Shown here piece after piece: positions 12,574-25,171 of a stretch of 64,000 nt of DNA. This DNA is from Marsupella aquatica. Lineage: Eukaryota > Plantae > Marchantiophyta. The stretch covers positions 2,806,457 to 2,870,456 of the forward strand of contig OZ316894.1 of assembly GCA_973895155.1 (NCBI GenBank), given 5' to 3'. The notes below the pieces were generated by a model. That model did not search any database. It was not told the origin of the DNA and saw nothing but the letters and a program-made list of their open reading frames with translations. The position numbers were made by a program, and so were the translations under genes. Within the stretch, counting starts at the first letter, position 1. Each line of letters opens with the position of its first letter.

Positions 12574-12720
12574 TTGGTTTTTCGGAAGAATGGTGAGTTG
12601 GCTTATTGCATCAACGACGATCTAATTAAGCTGATCCCCAAGAAAACTGGTAAAAGAGGACCCAGGGATTGGAGGCTGCTCACTATGCTGACCATTCAAT
12701 ATCAACAAGCTCTTGGCGAC
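12574..12720 (+). mobile_element. LINE (L1-like) reverse-transcriptase fragment
   Basis: NGELAYCINDDLIKLIPKK...DWRLLTMLTIQY resembles the LINE RT motif I-x-L-I-P-K...W-R-P-I/L-T-L-L-x3-Y-K-L-L-A; frameshifted and short. Confidence 0.65.
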
Positions 12721-12745
12721 ACTGCTAGCCCTTTACGGTCAGCTG

Positions 12746-12910
12746 TGAGTGAAAGCGAATAATTTTGATTCTCATCAGATGAGACACCATAAAAGGCACC
12801 AATCATCACAACACAATTGACAGCACTGCTGGCACTCTGACTTTAGCTCTGAGTGAAGGCTAGTATTTTTTATTCTCATCAGATGAGACACCATAAAGGA
12901 CACCAATCAT
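12746..12910. repeat. Local direct duplication of about 60 bp (TGAGTGAA...TTCTCATCAGATGAGACACCATAAA...CACCAATCAT), period about 104 bp
   Basis: Two copies at about 12746-12806 and 12850-12910. Confidence 0.7.
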
Positions 12911-15238
12911 TCCAAGACAATTGAATTTGTATGTGTACCCACTTGCATCCGCTAAAATTCCATTTCATCATTACCACTTCTGTCAAAGATGTTGCTCCTT
13001 GAGATGGAAATCTAGTTTTGAGAGATCTGTCCGCTAGTTGGAATAGCGGGACTATAAGCTGCCTCCAGAAGACTAGAAAGTCTAGCGGTAGAGACGTTAA
13101 GAATACGCAGTTTAATGGAACATTAAAGCAAAATTCAGCAACCCTGGCTAAAGACCTTACTCGCATCAATCACAATGTGACAACGTTTGAATGTGAAAAT
13201 CTTAGATTGGAGCCAGCTGTGCGACAAGGTATCCTTCAGAGCGCAACCAACCAAACATCCATGGCCTGAATTGGGCTCCAAAGCAAAAAGACAAAAACGC
13301 CGACCTTTTATCTATACTCCACAATAATATTCACCCATTCTCAGAAAATGTGCTTGTGACCGAAGCTGTATCACTTTCTGGATGAAAGAAACACAAATCT
13401 CAAAGTAAAGGTTTTACTCCTAGCTGGAGTCCACAACACCAAATTGCTCTCAATGCAGATTCAATGTTGGTACAAACAGCTGAAAGTACATGGCAAAACT
13501 TGGGAGAAGGAAAACCATACCCACAGCCATAACTGAATCCCATGATCTACACTGCAATTGCACGTACTTTGAGGGAGGAGGAGGGATCAACTAAACCAAT
13601 GGTTTTCTCCACTTGAGTCAAGGCTAAGGAGCCGGCACAGACCGCAAATGGGCTTGCAACCATGAGCTCTTCGGCCAGTTGCATGAGCCCCACTCAGAAG
13701 TACCTGCTATGTTTCATCATTTCCCTTCTCCTCGACTGGAAAATCATTGACCAAGACGTTCACAAGAATATTCGGAAAATAACAATTTCCAACCAAAATG
13801 GAGATCATGCGATGTTTCCCAAAGACGGTTAAATGCAATAAGAGCTTTGTGGCTCAGCTGAGTAAGGATTTCAATCAGAACCAGAGCCCCATATGACAAT
13901 TGTGAATAGCAGCCTACTCTCAGCCAAGTCCAACAGCTTCCTCTCTCTACCAGCACTTTCGTGAGCAAAGAGAAACTCGGGATGGTGAGAAAGGTCAAAC
14001 CAAGCACAACCCTAACATGGAATCTCAGGCTCATTTTCTCAACCTCATCACTGCCGATCAAAGATCCACCAGTAATCCTATCATCTGATTTTAGTTCATT
14101 GTTTCTTCAAATTCCTTTCCCTCCTGCAGGCTCCTGTGACCCTCATCACTTATCTCGCTACCTCTGCTTACATCTACCCAGTTTTAAAAAATAAGACTGT
14201 TTTTGAAAATTCACATGTCATGCTTCGTATCCCTTTCAGGAGAGTTATGTCATCGATTATATGAAAGATTTTTAATTAACTTCCCCTATAAAACCCCGCC
14301 TCACAATCCTTTCTGCAATGTTTCCTTGGATTTCTTACTTGATAGATTACGAAAGATCTAAGCTGACAGCAACTAACCGCAAACATCCTGTACTAATCTC
14401 CCAGCACCACCTGCACTTGAAACTGTCATACAAACTATCCTATTGACCTGCAAAGTCTAAGGCATACAAACCTAAACGCCTTGCTCATAACACAAGATAT
14501 TGTATTGTTTTGAATCTGCTTCCCACCTGCACTTGGTAATCAAAACTCTGGAATATGGTGTTACTACATTAGACATCTAAACTTCAAATATCACGGACCA
14601 ACTTGCACATATCGGAACCCATTTCTTTTGGATCAGAAACATTTTACATCGACCTCAACTGCAAATGCAAGGCATTAACTCAATGATACATCTAATTTTA
14701 CTTCTCAGCAGGAAATATCTGAGGACCACATCCAACTTTTATCGTTTGATTGATGCATTCCAAAACCATCAAATCTCTTGAAGTGCCCAGTACCAGATCC
14801 ACCACCGAAGATAATACTGACCTTCGTTTGAACTTAACGAATCTCATTCCCTTTGGCGGGGCAGTTTGAAATTTAACCACCCAAACTGGCAGTGGTTCAG
14901 CGATTGTGATATATGAAATGGACTACTCCAACCTTCAGATCAATTCAAGCACGACTGATCTGATCCTAAAAGCTACACTTGTCATCCATTTCTGTCAGTG
15001 AGGAATGAGTTCAAATCCTCTCAAATCGTAGCATAACAGCAAACATATGCTATTCGTTCGGGACAGGGTTACTCCAGTTTAGTAGAATTGGTCTCTGTTT
15101 AGATTGTACATGATGCTACCTCCGATTATGCGGTCAGCGTTCTTACAGTCCATGATGTCCAATACGTCAAAGAAGCAATTATGAAAGTCGACACCTGGAG
15201 GTAATACATTGAAGCTGTCCCTCACGCAGATGACGAAC

Positions 15239-18200
15239 TCATATTTTAAACGATTTGTAGCCGTCTTCAGGGTCAGTCATCCCCTCTTCCCAGTCTCCTA
15301 GCTTTTGTCCTCCAAATATCAAGTGCTTGATGCCAACATGACTGCAAAAAAAAATGACACAGCCCAGATTAGTAACAACAAAGATAACGACAAAGATAAG
15401 AATGACCTTATTAACACACTAGCCCACTACATAGCCTACGATGGGCCATTCCACCGGGCCAAAAAATACAGTTCCCTGAGTTGAAATGCTTCGTACAAAC
15501 AATCAGGAGAGCCAAGGAAGAAGATGCCCAACATTGTAATATAGGTCGTCTATCAGAAAGGACATCAGTAGCCAGCAAGCATAATAAGCTTGTCACAAAT
15601 TATGATACATGACCAGCCATGTAGAGAGACGGAGTCAAAGAACTGGTGGGAAATGAAGAGCAATCAACACCACATCCTCATTGATACCAAGTTGGAATGG
15701 TAGTTGAGATTGACCTCATACAGGACAATGAAAATGAATAGTACTCACTCTGAGCTGACTCCAGAAAGAACATTGATAAGAACATCCATTGCTACTGGAT
15801 CAGAAGTTCCCAAGTCCACCCTGTAAAAAGCAAACATCCAAATTTTACAAAAGAAGGAAGGTAACCATAGGCAAGCACATCTTCTGGTACGTGAGTCAAA
15901 ATTGTACCACCCATAATTAAAGAGGGTGGTACAAGGGTAACCTTCCACTAGAGCTCCAGGCGTTCAAGGTGTGTACAGCTCAATTACTCTTTACATATTT
16001 CAGGGTCCCTTTTAAACAGGTCACCCCAAAGAGCAACCCAACTGCATCTCTTGGCTGGTACCCAAATGCTCGACAACAATCTCTCCCTTATCCTCCCCAA
16101 CCCTTCCTCAAAAGAAACTTTGCAGGGGACCGAAAGCTAAAGCTTTGCTTCGATACACTTCACCTCCTAAAACAGTTGCCTAAAATAATAGTCACAGATG
16201 AGAGGCAGATAATGTCCCAAGTTACTGGACAACTATAGGTTTCCTATAATTTTCAATCAACAATTAGTAATTCATTGTAGTTTCTAATCTGTAACTCTAC
16301 AAACTCGCAATGTGATTTGTCGTGCTTTGTCAACAACCCTTATCAGTATTGAAGCACATACCAAACTCGCCCCCAGTTGTCTTGAAACTCGAGATCCGCA
16401 ATGTTGTGGAACAAAGATGGCAACGCTTCATTGGCACGGTCTGTGCTATAGCTCAACTTTGCATCAATTGGCAAATCGGTCAACTGCCGCATCCCATCAA
16501 CCCTAGATCTTGTCAGAAAACCTCTTTATATAACTGACTACCGAAGTCCACATTCCAACGATGCACAACCTTGAATCAAATGCGCGAGGAAGAAAACACA
16601 AAATGATGAAGACAGGCACAAAAATGTACTAACACAGACTTCTAAAAAGGTATGAAAGCTATCAATTTGACCTGCATGTTCATCGAGTTGTAGGCCCCCA
16701 GCTTCCCAAGCATGTACCAGGAAGTCAAGACCTGTAGTAAAAATCATAAATCCAACGGTGTTTAGAAAAACCACGATTGTAGGCTGAAGATATGGGTTCA
16801 GCATTAGGAAATCAGGATGCGCAGGGCAGCTGGGCAACGTGTTGTTTTAGCCACCTATTTGCTCTGACTGATGTTGCCCGGAGTATTTTTTTGCAGTATG
16901 CACAAGGGTGTGAAAAACGTATCCGAATTGATGAGTACAAAGGATTGCAAAATGGATCCAACGGTGAAATAGTTACTCACATTGCCTATCGTTTCCACAT
17001 CTCCGTCAGACGGCTCTCCATAAAGCTCCAGCCATATGAAAGCATCTGTTGCATCGAAGCTGACATCACCTAATGTTAGGGCTCGTGCTTGTCCACTTCC
17101 GAAGTGAACGGAATGGTCAGAAAAGACACAGCGAAACAAAGACAAACTAACAAAAAACCAACAAATGTAGAATGCCAAGATAACGATGCTTGCAGCTGAT
17201 TGATGCGATTCAATTTTCCTTTTTTCTTTTAGCTAATGCAGAGGCTGCGATAGAGGATACTGAAAGTGAAATCTGGGTGAAATCACTCTTTAAGTCTGAA
17301 TTAGTATCTAGGAAAACGCTTACTCTGATTTGAACGTCACTGTCATCGGTATGGCAGAGCCAGTTTTGGCGCTCAAGATGTCCCTCCCCTTTCTCCGCAC
17401 TCTCTGCTCAACCTGTGCACCATAGTAGATACATGATGAGGGAAACAGTAGCCACGTTACTGCATTTTGAGCCTAAACACTTAACTCAAATTGAGCAAAG
17501 CGAATGAGGAACAGGAGAGAATATACGAGCTTGTCAACAAACCATCCTCTCAATGGAAGGAGAGACAAAACACTCATTACCCGTCTGCGCATTTCTTCTG
17601 GGTTGCCAACGCTATCACCGATGATTTCCCTCAGCTCAACATCATCTTTGCAAGCATCTTCTAAGATCCTGCAAAGAGCACTCATGCAGTTCAACTTCTG
17701 CATCACACGGCCGGGAAAACAAAATAACAAGGGCGTCTCCACAAGAAACACAGCTTGGCTATACAGTTGGCCATGAATTTTTTATTGGACCATGACTGTA
17801 GAAGAATCTACTGTGAATTCTGCACCATGACGTGAGGAGAAGGTAGGAGGAAACCGCAGGAGCTGAGAATAAGAGTGCATGGGATAAGAAAGATTCCTAC
17901 GAGGCCCATTCAGGGTATTTCGATTGAGCCTCCTCAGCTTTCCGCCTCTTCTCCTCCGCAGCTTTCTGAAGGCGCCTCTCCCTAGCAGCACCACTGGTCC
18001 GTGTACCCGTAGCACTGATTCTCTGCTCTCTCCCCGCATTCCCACTCCTGTTACTACCGCTGCCACTTCCATTCCCACTCGCCTCCACCACACACACTAA
18101 ACCGCATCGTCTGCTCCCTTGCTGCTGCTTCCTACCCAATTCTCCAGCTCTCAACAAGCATGCTCCCCTTTCCGATGCGCATTGAAAGCTCGCAGCGCTG

Positions 18201-18256
18201 CTCCAGAGTGACGATGGTGAGACCCGACCGGCAGGGTGCGGAATCACCACCGACAT
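15239..18256 (-). CDS. DUF3531-family chloroplast protein (8 exons, about 322 aa)
   Basis: Exons (minus) 18256-17901, 17668-17581, 17412-17324, 17059-16981, 16731-16672, 16483-16362, 15820-15749, 15341-15239; GT-AG, 969 nt in frame. Motifs ARERRLQK..YPEWASILEDACKDDVELREIIGDSVGNPEEMRRRVEQRVRRKGRD, WLELYGEPSD, SWYMLGKLGAYNSMNMQ, FHNIADLEFQDNWGRVWVDLGTSD and GDWEEGMTDPEDGYKSFKI are recognisable as plant/cyanobacterial DUF3531. Transit-peptide-like N-terminus. Confidence 0.88.
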
Positions 18257-18559
18257 TTCATCGACCTCCAATTGCCCACTCGCCTCCAGCTCTTAAACCC
18301 CTCCCTAAACCCCTAAAACGGACATGATCTCGATCGAGACCAGAAACCATTTGTCCTTCTGTATGTAATCGTAATGGATGTGAGGCAAAAAGAAAAAATT
18401 CTCCTTCCAAAGCTGCTTCTCAGATCTTTCTTACGAGGAAGGACATATATATCCCGTGCTGGTAATCACAAGTCGAATCACATTAAAATGTGATAATATA
18501 TTGTGTACACTCATACTCATTGATAATAACAAGGTTTATCATGGTAACTAGTGTCCGAA

Positions 18560-19760
18560 GGCCATATATGTCATATAAGCCCTATTCGGCCATATATGTC
18601 ATATGAGCCCTATTCGGCTCCCTAGGGAACCTGGCCGGGGCATTTATGGGGTCATGAGAAGCACATATGTGCTAGGGGTGCACATTTTCTCCATCAATGA
18701 TCAGGGAAAACAGCGTGAATCTTTCCCACCCAGGAGTTTTTTTGTATTGAGACCAAGGACTAAAAAAAGCGGGATCCCTTATTATAGTTGTAAATTTAAT
18801 ATATGTCATATTTTGATGCAGTTACCGGGACCCATATATATCTCCCTACATATATAGGCTCACAATCACAATAAGGGGGAGAACACAAAGGAAAAACCAG
18901 GGTATGGAGCTTCGTACGCCATATATGTTTTGATGCAATTACCGGGACCCATATCTCCCAGCGCCTACATATATAGGTCCCAATTGTAATAAGTGGGAGA
19001 AAACAAAGGAAAAGCCAGGGTATGGAGCCTAGTTTGCCATATATGTCATATTTTGATGCACAGTTACCGGGACCCATATATAGGCTCCCAATCACAATAC
19101 GGGGGAGAAAACAAAGGAAAAGCCAGGGAAGATCAACCACAATAGCCAAAAAGCCCAGTAATCACAAAACTAAACTAAAGCATGGCTGAGCAATAATCTG
19201 AAAGCTCCTGAGTAAACTGCATACTAGGAGGGTCACAAATAAATTGCACAGGAGGGTCACAAGCAACAAATTGAAAGTCTAATGAAGCAACTGAAAGCTA
19301 GGGAGTAAACTGTATAAGAGGGTCACAAATAATACTCCTGAGCTGCATAAGACGAGGGTCACCAATAAACTGCACAGGAGTGTCAAAAGCACCACCATTA
19401 AAGGAGTAACCTACACAAGAGAGTCACAAAGAGTAATTTGTCCCAAGCCACTAAAACCAACAACCTCAGCCCATAGAAGAAGAAAAAAAATGAATAATGA
19501 ATGTATGAGCAAACTGCACTTGAAGGGTCACAAAGTGGAATTTGTCTACAGTAGAGTCACTAAAACCAACAACCTGAGCCCTGAGAAGAAGACTGAATGT
19601 TGGTCGCAAAGAGTAATATGCCTACATTGGAGCTACTAAAACCAACAAGCTTAGTGTTGAGAAGAACTATGAATGCCGGTCACAAAGAGCAATATGTCTA
19701 CAATAGAGCCACTAAAACTAACAACCTTAGTCCTCAAAAGAATAGTGAATGTCTGAGCCC
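18560..19760. repeat. Cluster of tandem arrays: 28-bp x2, about 120-bp x3 (GATGCAGTTACCGGGACCCATAT...AAAGGAAAAGCCAGGG), GAGGGTCACAA-type and ACTAAAACCAACAACCT-type degenerate units
   Basis: Units read directly at 18560-18618, 18800-19127, 19210-19430 and 19449-19735. Confidence 0.75.
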
Positions 19761-20467
19761 TATGTCATGCACATACACATCGCTACACAACATATATCGT
19801 TATTCATACATATCCAAGCATAGTCACAATCCAACAACACAAACATAAGATAGTGGAGTACAAATGGAACCCATGTTCACACATGCCCAAAACCCCACAA
19901 AAATATTCAATAGTGAAAATCAAATAACGATCGGTGCCAATCCAACAACGATCCGGCCCGATGCAATCACATGTATTTCCAAGCCCAACGCACCTTGTGC
20001 TTCAAGGAATCCACATTACATGCACACAATCTGGTCATCCACACCATAGCCACCAGAGCTTGAGCTCAAAGGCTCAACATTCAAAGATGTGGCTTTTGAG
20101 CCAACACACAGGGATAACTATCCCTCACAAAACTCAAACTAAAACACTAAATGCTCATATAACACACATACAAGACCTCTATACCTAGATAGTATGATAT
20201 ACTACATTACCACTCTAAATGGTGTGGCACCTATGAGACTTGGAACCCCAAACCAGGCTCGAGAGGGGGTTACGGCTGGTGAAACTACAAAAGATAAAAT
20301 AGACTGGGGAGATTATTTAGCTTTCCCACTTACTCTACATAATTCCTGCAAGGAAGAAAAGTTAGTGGTGTGAAACCTTTACTACTAGGTGCCACCATTT
20401 CCATAACCTTGTGCCCAAAAAGTTGTGCCCGGTAATATTTTTTCGGGCAAGTATTACGTATGATCTC

Positions 20468-20761
20468 GGGGGTTTCACTTCCACAAAAATGGCACATCAC
20501 GTGCAACGAAATATAGGGTCATTTTATTAGTTCAAAGAGAAGACTTAAGAATTTTATGAGAAGAACAAAAGAGTTTTTTAAATCAAATTTTGAGACTTAT
20601 AAAAATATTAGGGTCTTTATAATCAAAATTTTAGAATATTCCAAGAATATTCCAAACTTTATAGGGGTTAAAATTTCTTTTATTTTTTAAAAATATTTTA
20701 GGGGCTCCAAGACCTAAAAACATTGTAGGTGATGGGGAAGCATCTATATAATGAGACCTCC
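20468..20761 (+). mobile_element. MITE-like element, copy 3
   Basis: GGGGGTTTCACTTCCACAAAAATGGCACATCACGTGCAACG ... CATCTATATAATGAGACCTCC, collinear with copy 1. Confidence 0.72.
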
Positions 20762-21140
20762 TAGCATATGATAATGACTGTTTGGGCTGGGGTTCTAGTA
20801 TGAAACCTGTTCCCACAAAACTTAGAAAACTTCCTAGTTGCTGCCAGTCAACATTTCCTCACTTTTTGGTCATAGGGTTATAGACTAGTAACCCAAACCA
20901 ACTGTCATTACCCTATACATAATTAGTTCGTGGACCCTCACCTGTTTTTTATTCAATTGAGATTGAAAATTGGATAGTTATTGATACAAATAAAAAATGT
21001 GTTAAAAAGTAGATAATTATTGATATAGATAAATATGTTTCCGACAATGGGTATCTTTATTGGGACTTGTCATTTGTTTTTGCATGATACACCACATTGT
21101 TCTGAAAAATGAAACTTGTACTACATCATGGAAACAACTG

Positions 21141-21953
21141 TCACATCGCGTTGAATTTCCGCTTGGATGTGGTGGGTTGTTCCGTTGCTGTTTGGGCAGG
21201 GACGTCAGATAGCAGCCCCCGGTCGCTGCTCCTCCTCAGCCTGTCGATCAGGGACTGGGATTGCTGATGTGTCAGCCCTACCAACATATCAAGTGGCATC
21301 TTGAAATCATGCCTCAGTCTGGTCAGTTGCTCTAGACGAGCTCCCTTTGTGACCTGGATGTACTCGCGCATCCCGTCCTTGTAAGTGAGCTGGTCTTCCT
21401 CGAACGGAACTGCCATGTACCTAAGAATCTCCTTCATGACACCTGCATTTGTTTTCAACACGAAGTTAGTGCTTAATGTGTGCATGAGATGGTTGAATTC
21501 ATTTTTTATTGGGGGTTTTCTCTTTGTGCTTACCAGTCGCCGGTTTATCTCCGTAATGATCGTAGAAGTCGGCCTTGAACACTTTCCTCTCCTCGATCAT
21601 CTTCGACAGATCTCTCCTCTTGATCCCGTTCACCATCTCAGTTGTCTCGATTCTGAGACCGTTGCCGAAAGCAATTTGTTTAGCCGTTACCTCCTCGTCA
21701 GTCCGGAAGTCATCCGACGGCAGCTCTCTCATGATCATCCTTGCCATCTCCACGGCTGTCATGGGCTGCACAGGAAAGACGTGAACAATGTGTTAGAACA
21801 ATAGTGCCCGTCAATGTTAATGAATCTTGCAACTTTCGTATCATCATTTCATTATATATCGCTTGCATCAACAATGTGAAGTATGAAGTGGACACTGTTT
21901 ACCTGAACTGTTGTAGGAGTAGCGCTCGTCGTATTGCTATTTGTGCCTGTCAT
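21141..21953 (-). CDS. Helitron-associated 3-exon accessory gene of unknown function (about 194 aa; 213 aa if ATG 22010 is used through an in-frame TGA)
   Basis: Exons 21953(22010)-21903, 21765-21534, 21442-21141, with GTAAAC/TGCAG and GTAAGC/TGCAG junctions and matching phases. Reads MTGTNSNTTSATPTTVQ-PMTAVEMARMIMRELPSDDF...DHYGDKPAT-GVMKEILRYM...SKRKFNAM*. Confidence 0.6.
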
Positions 21954-24900
21954 CGTTTCTCATTGTTGTTGTGATGCCTTCGCTGCCTTATTGCCTTTGG
22001 TGGTCGACATCTGCTTGTTGAACACGACGAATTGGTAAGTGGAACACTTTGAAGTCCGGCGGCGTAAGATCTCCAACAATGCGCATGGATGCTCTATTGT
22101 GACCCTACTCAACATAATGTACACCAGTCCCGGTGTGAATGCACTGTTTATTTCTAGCATGACCTTGCCTGCTAGTGTGCAACCTTGGCTCTTGTGACCT
22201 GTTATGGCGTATCCGAGCATGAGAGGGAAAGTGGATTTCTGATGGGTTTGCTGTCCCGAGATGAACTTGTTCTCGTGAACCGTGCGGTTGATCTTTACGA
22301 GGTAGTGGTTGGAAGACATTCTCACAAAAATTGACATTTTGCCTTCGGCTTCTGTAGTGATTTTCTCCACGATTCCTCTGTTCCCGTTCGCGGCCTGCTT
22401 GGAGAGGTCGATGTTGTGTGTGAGAATCACCTTGCATCCGATTGCAACGTTCGTCAGTGTGTGGAAGGAGGGATCTTGTATCCAAGGCCGGGTGGATTTG
22501 TCTAAAGGGGCATTGGTGAGTATTGGGACGGGCATAATCTCTTGGCGTGGAAAATATCTCCGTAATGCCTGTTTGTTGTAGTTGTCGACTGTTTCTCTAT
22601 GTGTGCATATCACGGTCGTCGAGGCGTTGATGAAATCATGGGCTTCTTGTTTGGACACATAACATCGTCCCAGGCACTCATCGATCGATTCTTGGGTAGG
22701 GAGGCCTGTGCGGATGTTGTTAAGGAACTCCATGAACTCCCGGTCTGTGCTCTGTCTGAGCACAATGCTGAGGTGAAATTTCCGCATGGTCTCAAAATAT
22801 GGCGACGACGAGAGGTGGCACGACTTGCATATGTCGTTGGTGTGGTGGGTGCAAACCGGAGGCAATTGGCACATGTCTCCGACCAGGATGACCGTCTTAT
22901 TTTGGAACGGGTCGGACGAGCGGTCCTCGTCTTGGAGTGTCTCGTGTAGTCTTGTGGAGACGTAACGCAACAGTTTGGGTGTCAGCATGCTCGCCTCGTC
23001 TATGACGAACACGTCATTGTTCCTCAAGATGTGGTATTGGGGACTGGTGATGTGCAGAGGCCTGAGCTCTCCGTGTATTGGAATGCTGAACAAGGAATGC
23101 ATTGTCACCGCGTCGGCGTTAAGGTTTATGGCAGCCGCGCCCGTGGTGGCACACATCTTCACCTTCCTCCCTTTATATGTCCAGTATTTGTTCATGAAAG
23201 AAACATGAACAAATACTCAGATGAAGAAAGTCTTGCCGGATCCCAGATTTCCATCGATCATGAACAGACCGCTCTTGACATCCTTGAGTGCCTCAAACAC
23301 TCTGATTTGGTCTGGAGTCAAGTTGACGGTCAGGAGAGTTTTGTCATTGAGCACCGCGCCGATCGGTTTCTCTATGGCGACGGTGGGGATCGCTTGGAAT
23401 GTGGCCGCGTCGTTGAAAATTTGGTGGGGAAGCTTTTCGTTCAGCTCCTGCAGCAGGTGGGATGTGTGGTGGGTGGAGTAGAGGTGCGATGCGCAATATT
23501 GAAGCACCAACTTGTGCACGTCGTCGACGCTAGTTATCAACTTGCGGTGTATGCACTCGTGCAAGTAGCTCCACGTCTCGCTTATGGGCCTTAGGAGAAT
23601 CTCGCCTTCTGCACGAATTCTCACGACCTTCAGGAGGTAGTTGTAGAAGAAGCCGTTCATCTTGTATACAGGATGATACTCCGAAAATCGCACGAGCCGA
23701 TCCGTCCGATACAAGAAATTGCCTTGCAAATCCCTACCGACGTAGTCTTTGGTGGTGCTTTTCTTATTGGTGAGGACCTCGTGGTTGGTGAAGTAGTCAT
23801 AGAAGGACATTGCAAACATGTCCTCGGGCCTGTGTGCGTAGAGTCTGGTGGGATGCAAACATATCCCCGAGGACTTACGATAGATGGCGGACCTCAGTTC
23901 TGGAGGCGACGAGTCCATGAACGCCACTGTCTCCGAGCGATGGATGATGCTGATTTTAAGGCACGTCAAGGCCGCCTCCATGGCGCACACGCTTTGAGAC
24001 AGGACGGCTCCGCTGACGAGCTTGAGTTAGACTTCAGACAGGTCCTCGAGTCCTAGAGTGCACGCATCGTTCGCATTGAGCTGGAGTGATCCCATGGGCT
24101 CACATTTGATCGCGTACTTGAGCAAATAGAATGACCAGGCCGCGTTTATGACGCGCTATAGGTTCATGTGCGCGTCCCACAACAGCAACACGAGCAGGTG
24201 GTATGGCACGACATTTTGGTGGTGGTCGCTTGGCCTGTGGTACCTCCATTTCCCCGTGGCGGGGTTGATGGCCGCATCTTTGTCGAGATGAGTTTCTTGG
24301 GGGAAACCCAACTTGCAGTACTTGAGGCCAGTTTGGGAGTGCCTTTGCAAGCACAAGCCCTCCTTGCAGTAGTGAAGTTGTTTCGTCACCACGTTGCGAT
24401 ACAAGGTCTTTTCTTTGAGTCCATTCGGCTCTTCGAATCTGCCGGATGTCGAGTCGAATCTGCCAGGGATGAATGCGGAAATTTTGTTCGTGACTCGATC
24501 GACATCGCAATCCTTGACCCATAGCACCGTGTGGGTGTGGAGTGATCCACGGCCCTGCAACTCATACTTGATGACGTAGTGGATCACATTTCCGATTATG
24601 GCGCGTTTTGACAAAATATAATCCTTGAAAAAACATTGGATTCGTTCGTGGAAGAGCACGGCGCATTCGATAGGACAATCTTTCCATGAGAAGGTCGGAT
24701 TCATCCTCTTCATGAGGTTCTTGAGGTCGGCGATCTCAGGCCAACGGGTGTCGCTGAGCTCATCGCAAGTGAGCGTGAGGAAGAAGTGGGGCAGTCCCCA
24801 TTTTCTCACCATACACTTGAGGTGTTGAGGTGTCTTCCGTGCCACCCCGCGCTCCCAGGAATGGCCTACGTGATTGTCTTTTTTATCAGCATTTTGTATA

Positions 24901-25171
24901 TTTCCTTCTCGCTAAAGTGGGGGCACCTCTCCTTGATCTGCATGTATTCCTTGTCGATTACTATCGTCCTGCTCATGCTTGCTACTTGGCTGGCCTGTCG
25001 CAATTGGTACATGATAAGCATGTACGGCTTGTACAAAGTGAATATGTTGAACAACTGTTGTGTCCTCCGTTTCATGTAGTCGATCAAGCTGAGTTGTCCT
25101 CGATGGAAACCCCTCGAGTGGACAAACAAGAACGGGAATATTGCATTTTCCAATGTCAATTGTGGATCGTT

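Noticed and set aside
13000-15200. Possible additional gene between the AP2 and DUF3531 genes
   Set aside because: Only short ORFs with no recognisable motif or consistent exon chain; more likely UTR or intergenic.
20870-20895. ACTAGT with flanking GGGTTA/TAACCC as the Helitron 3' end
   Set aside because: No GC-rich hairpin at the expected distance from CTAG, so it cannot be supported as the terminus.
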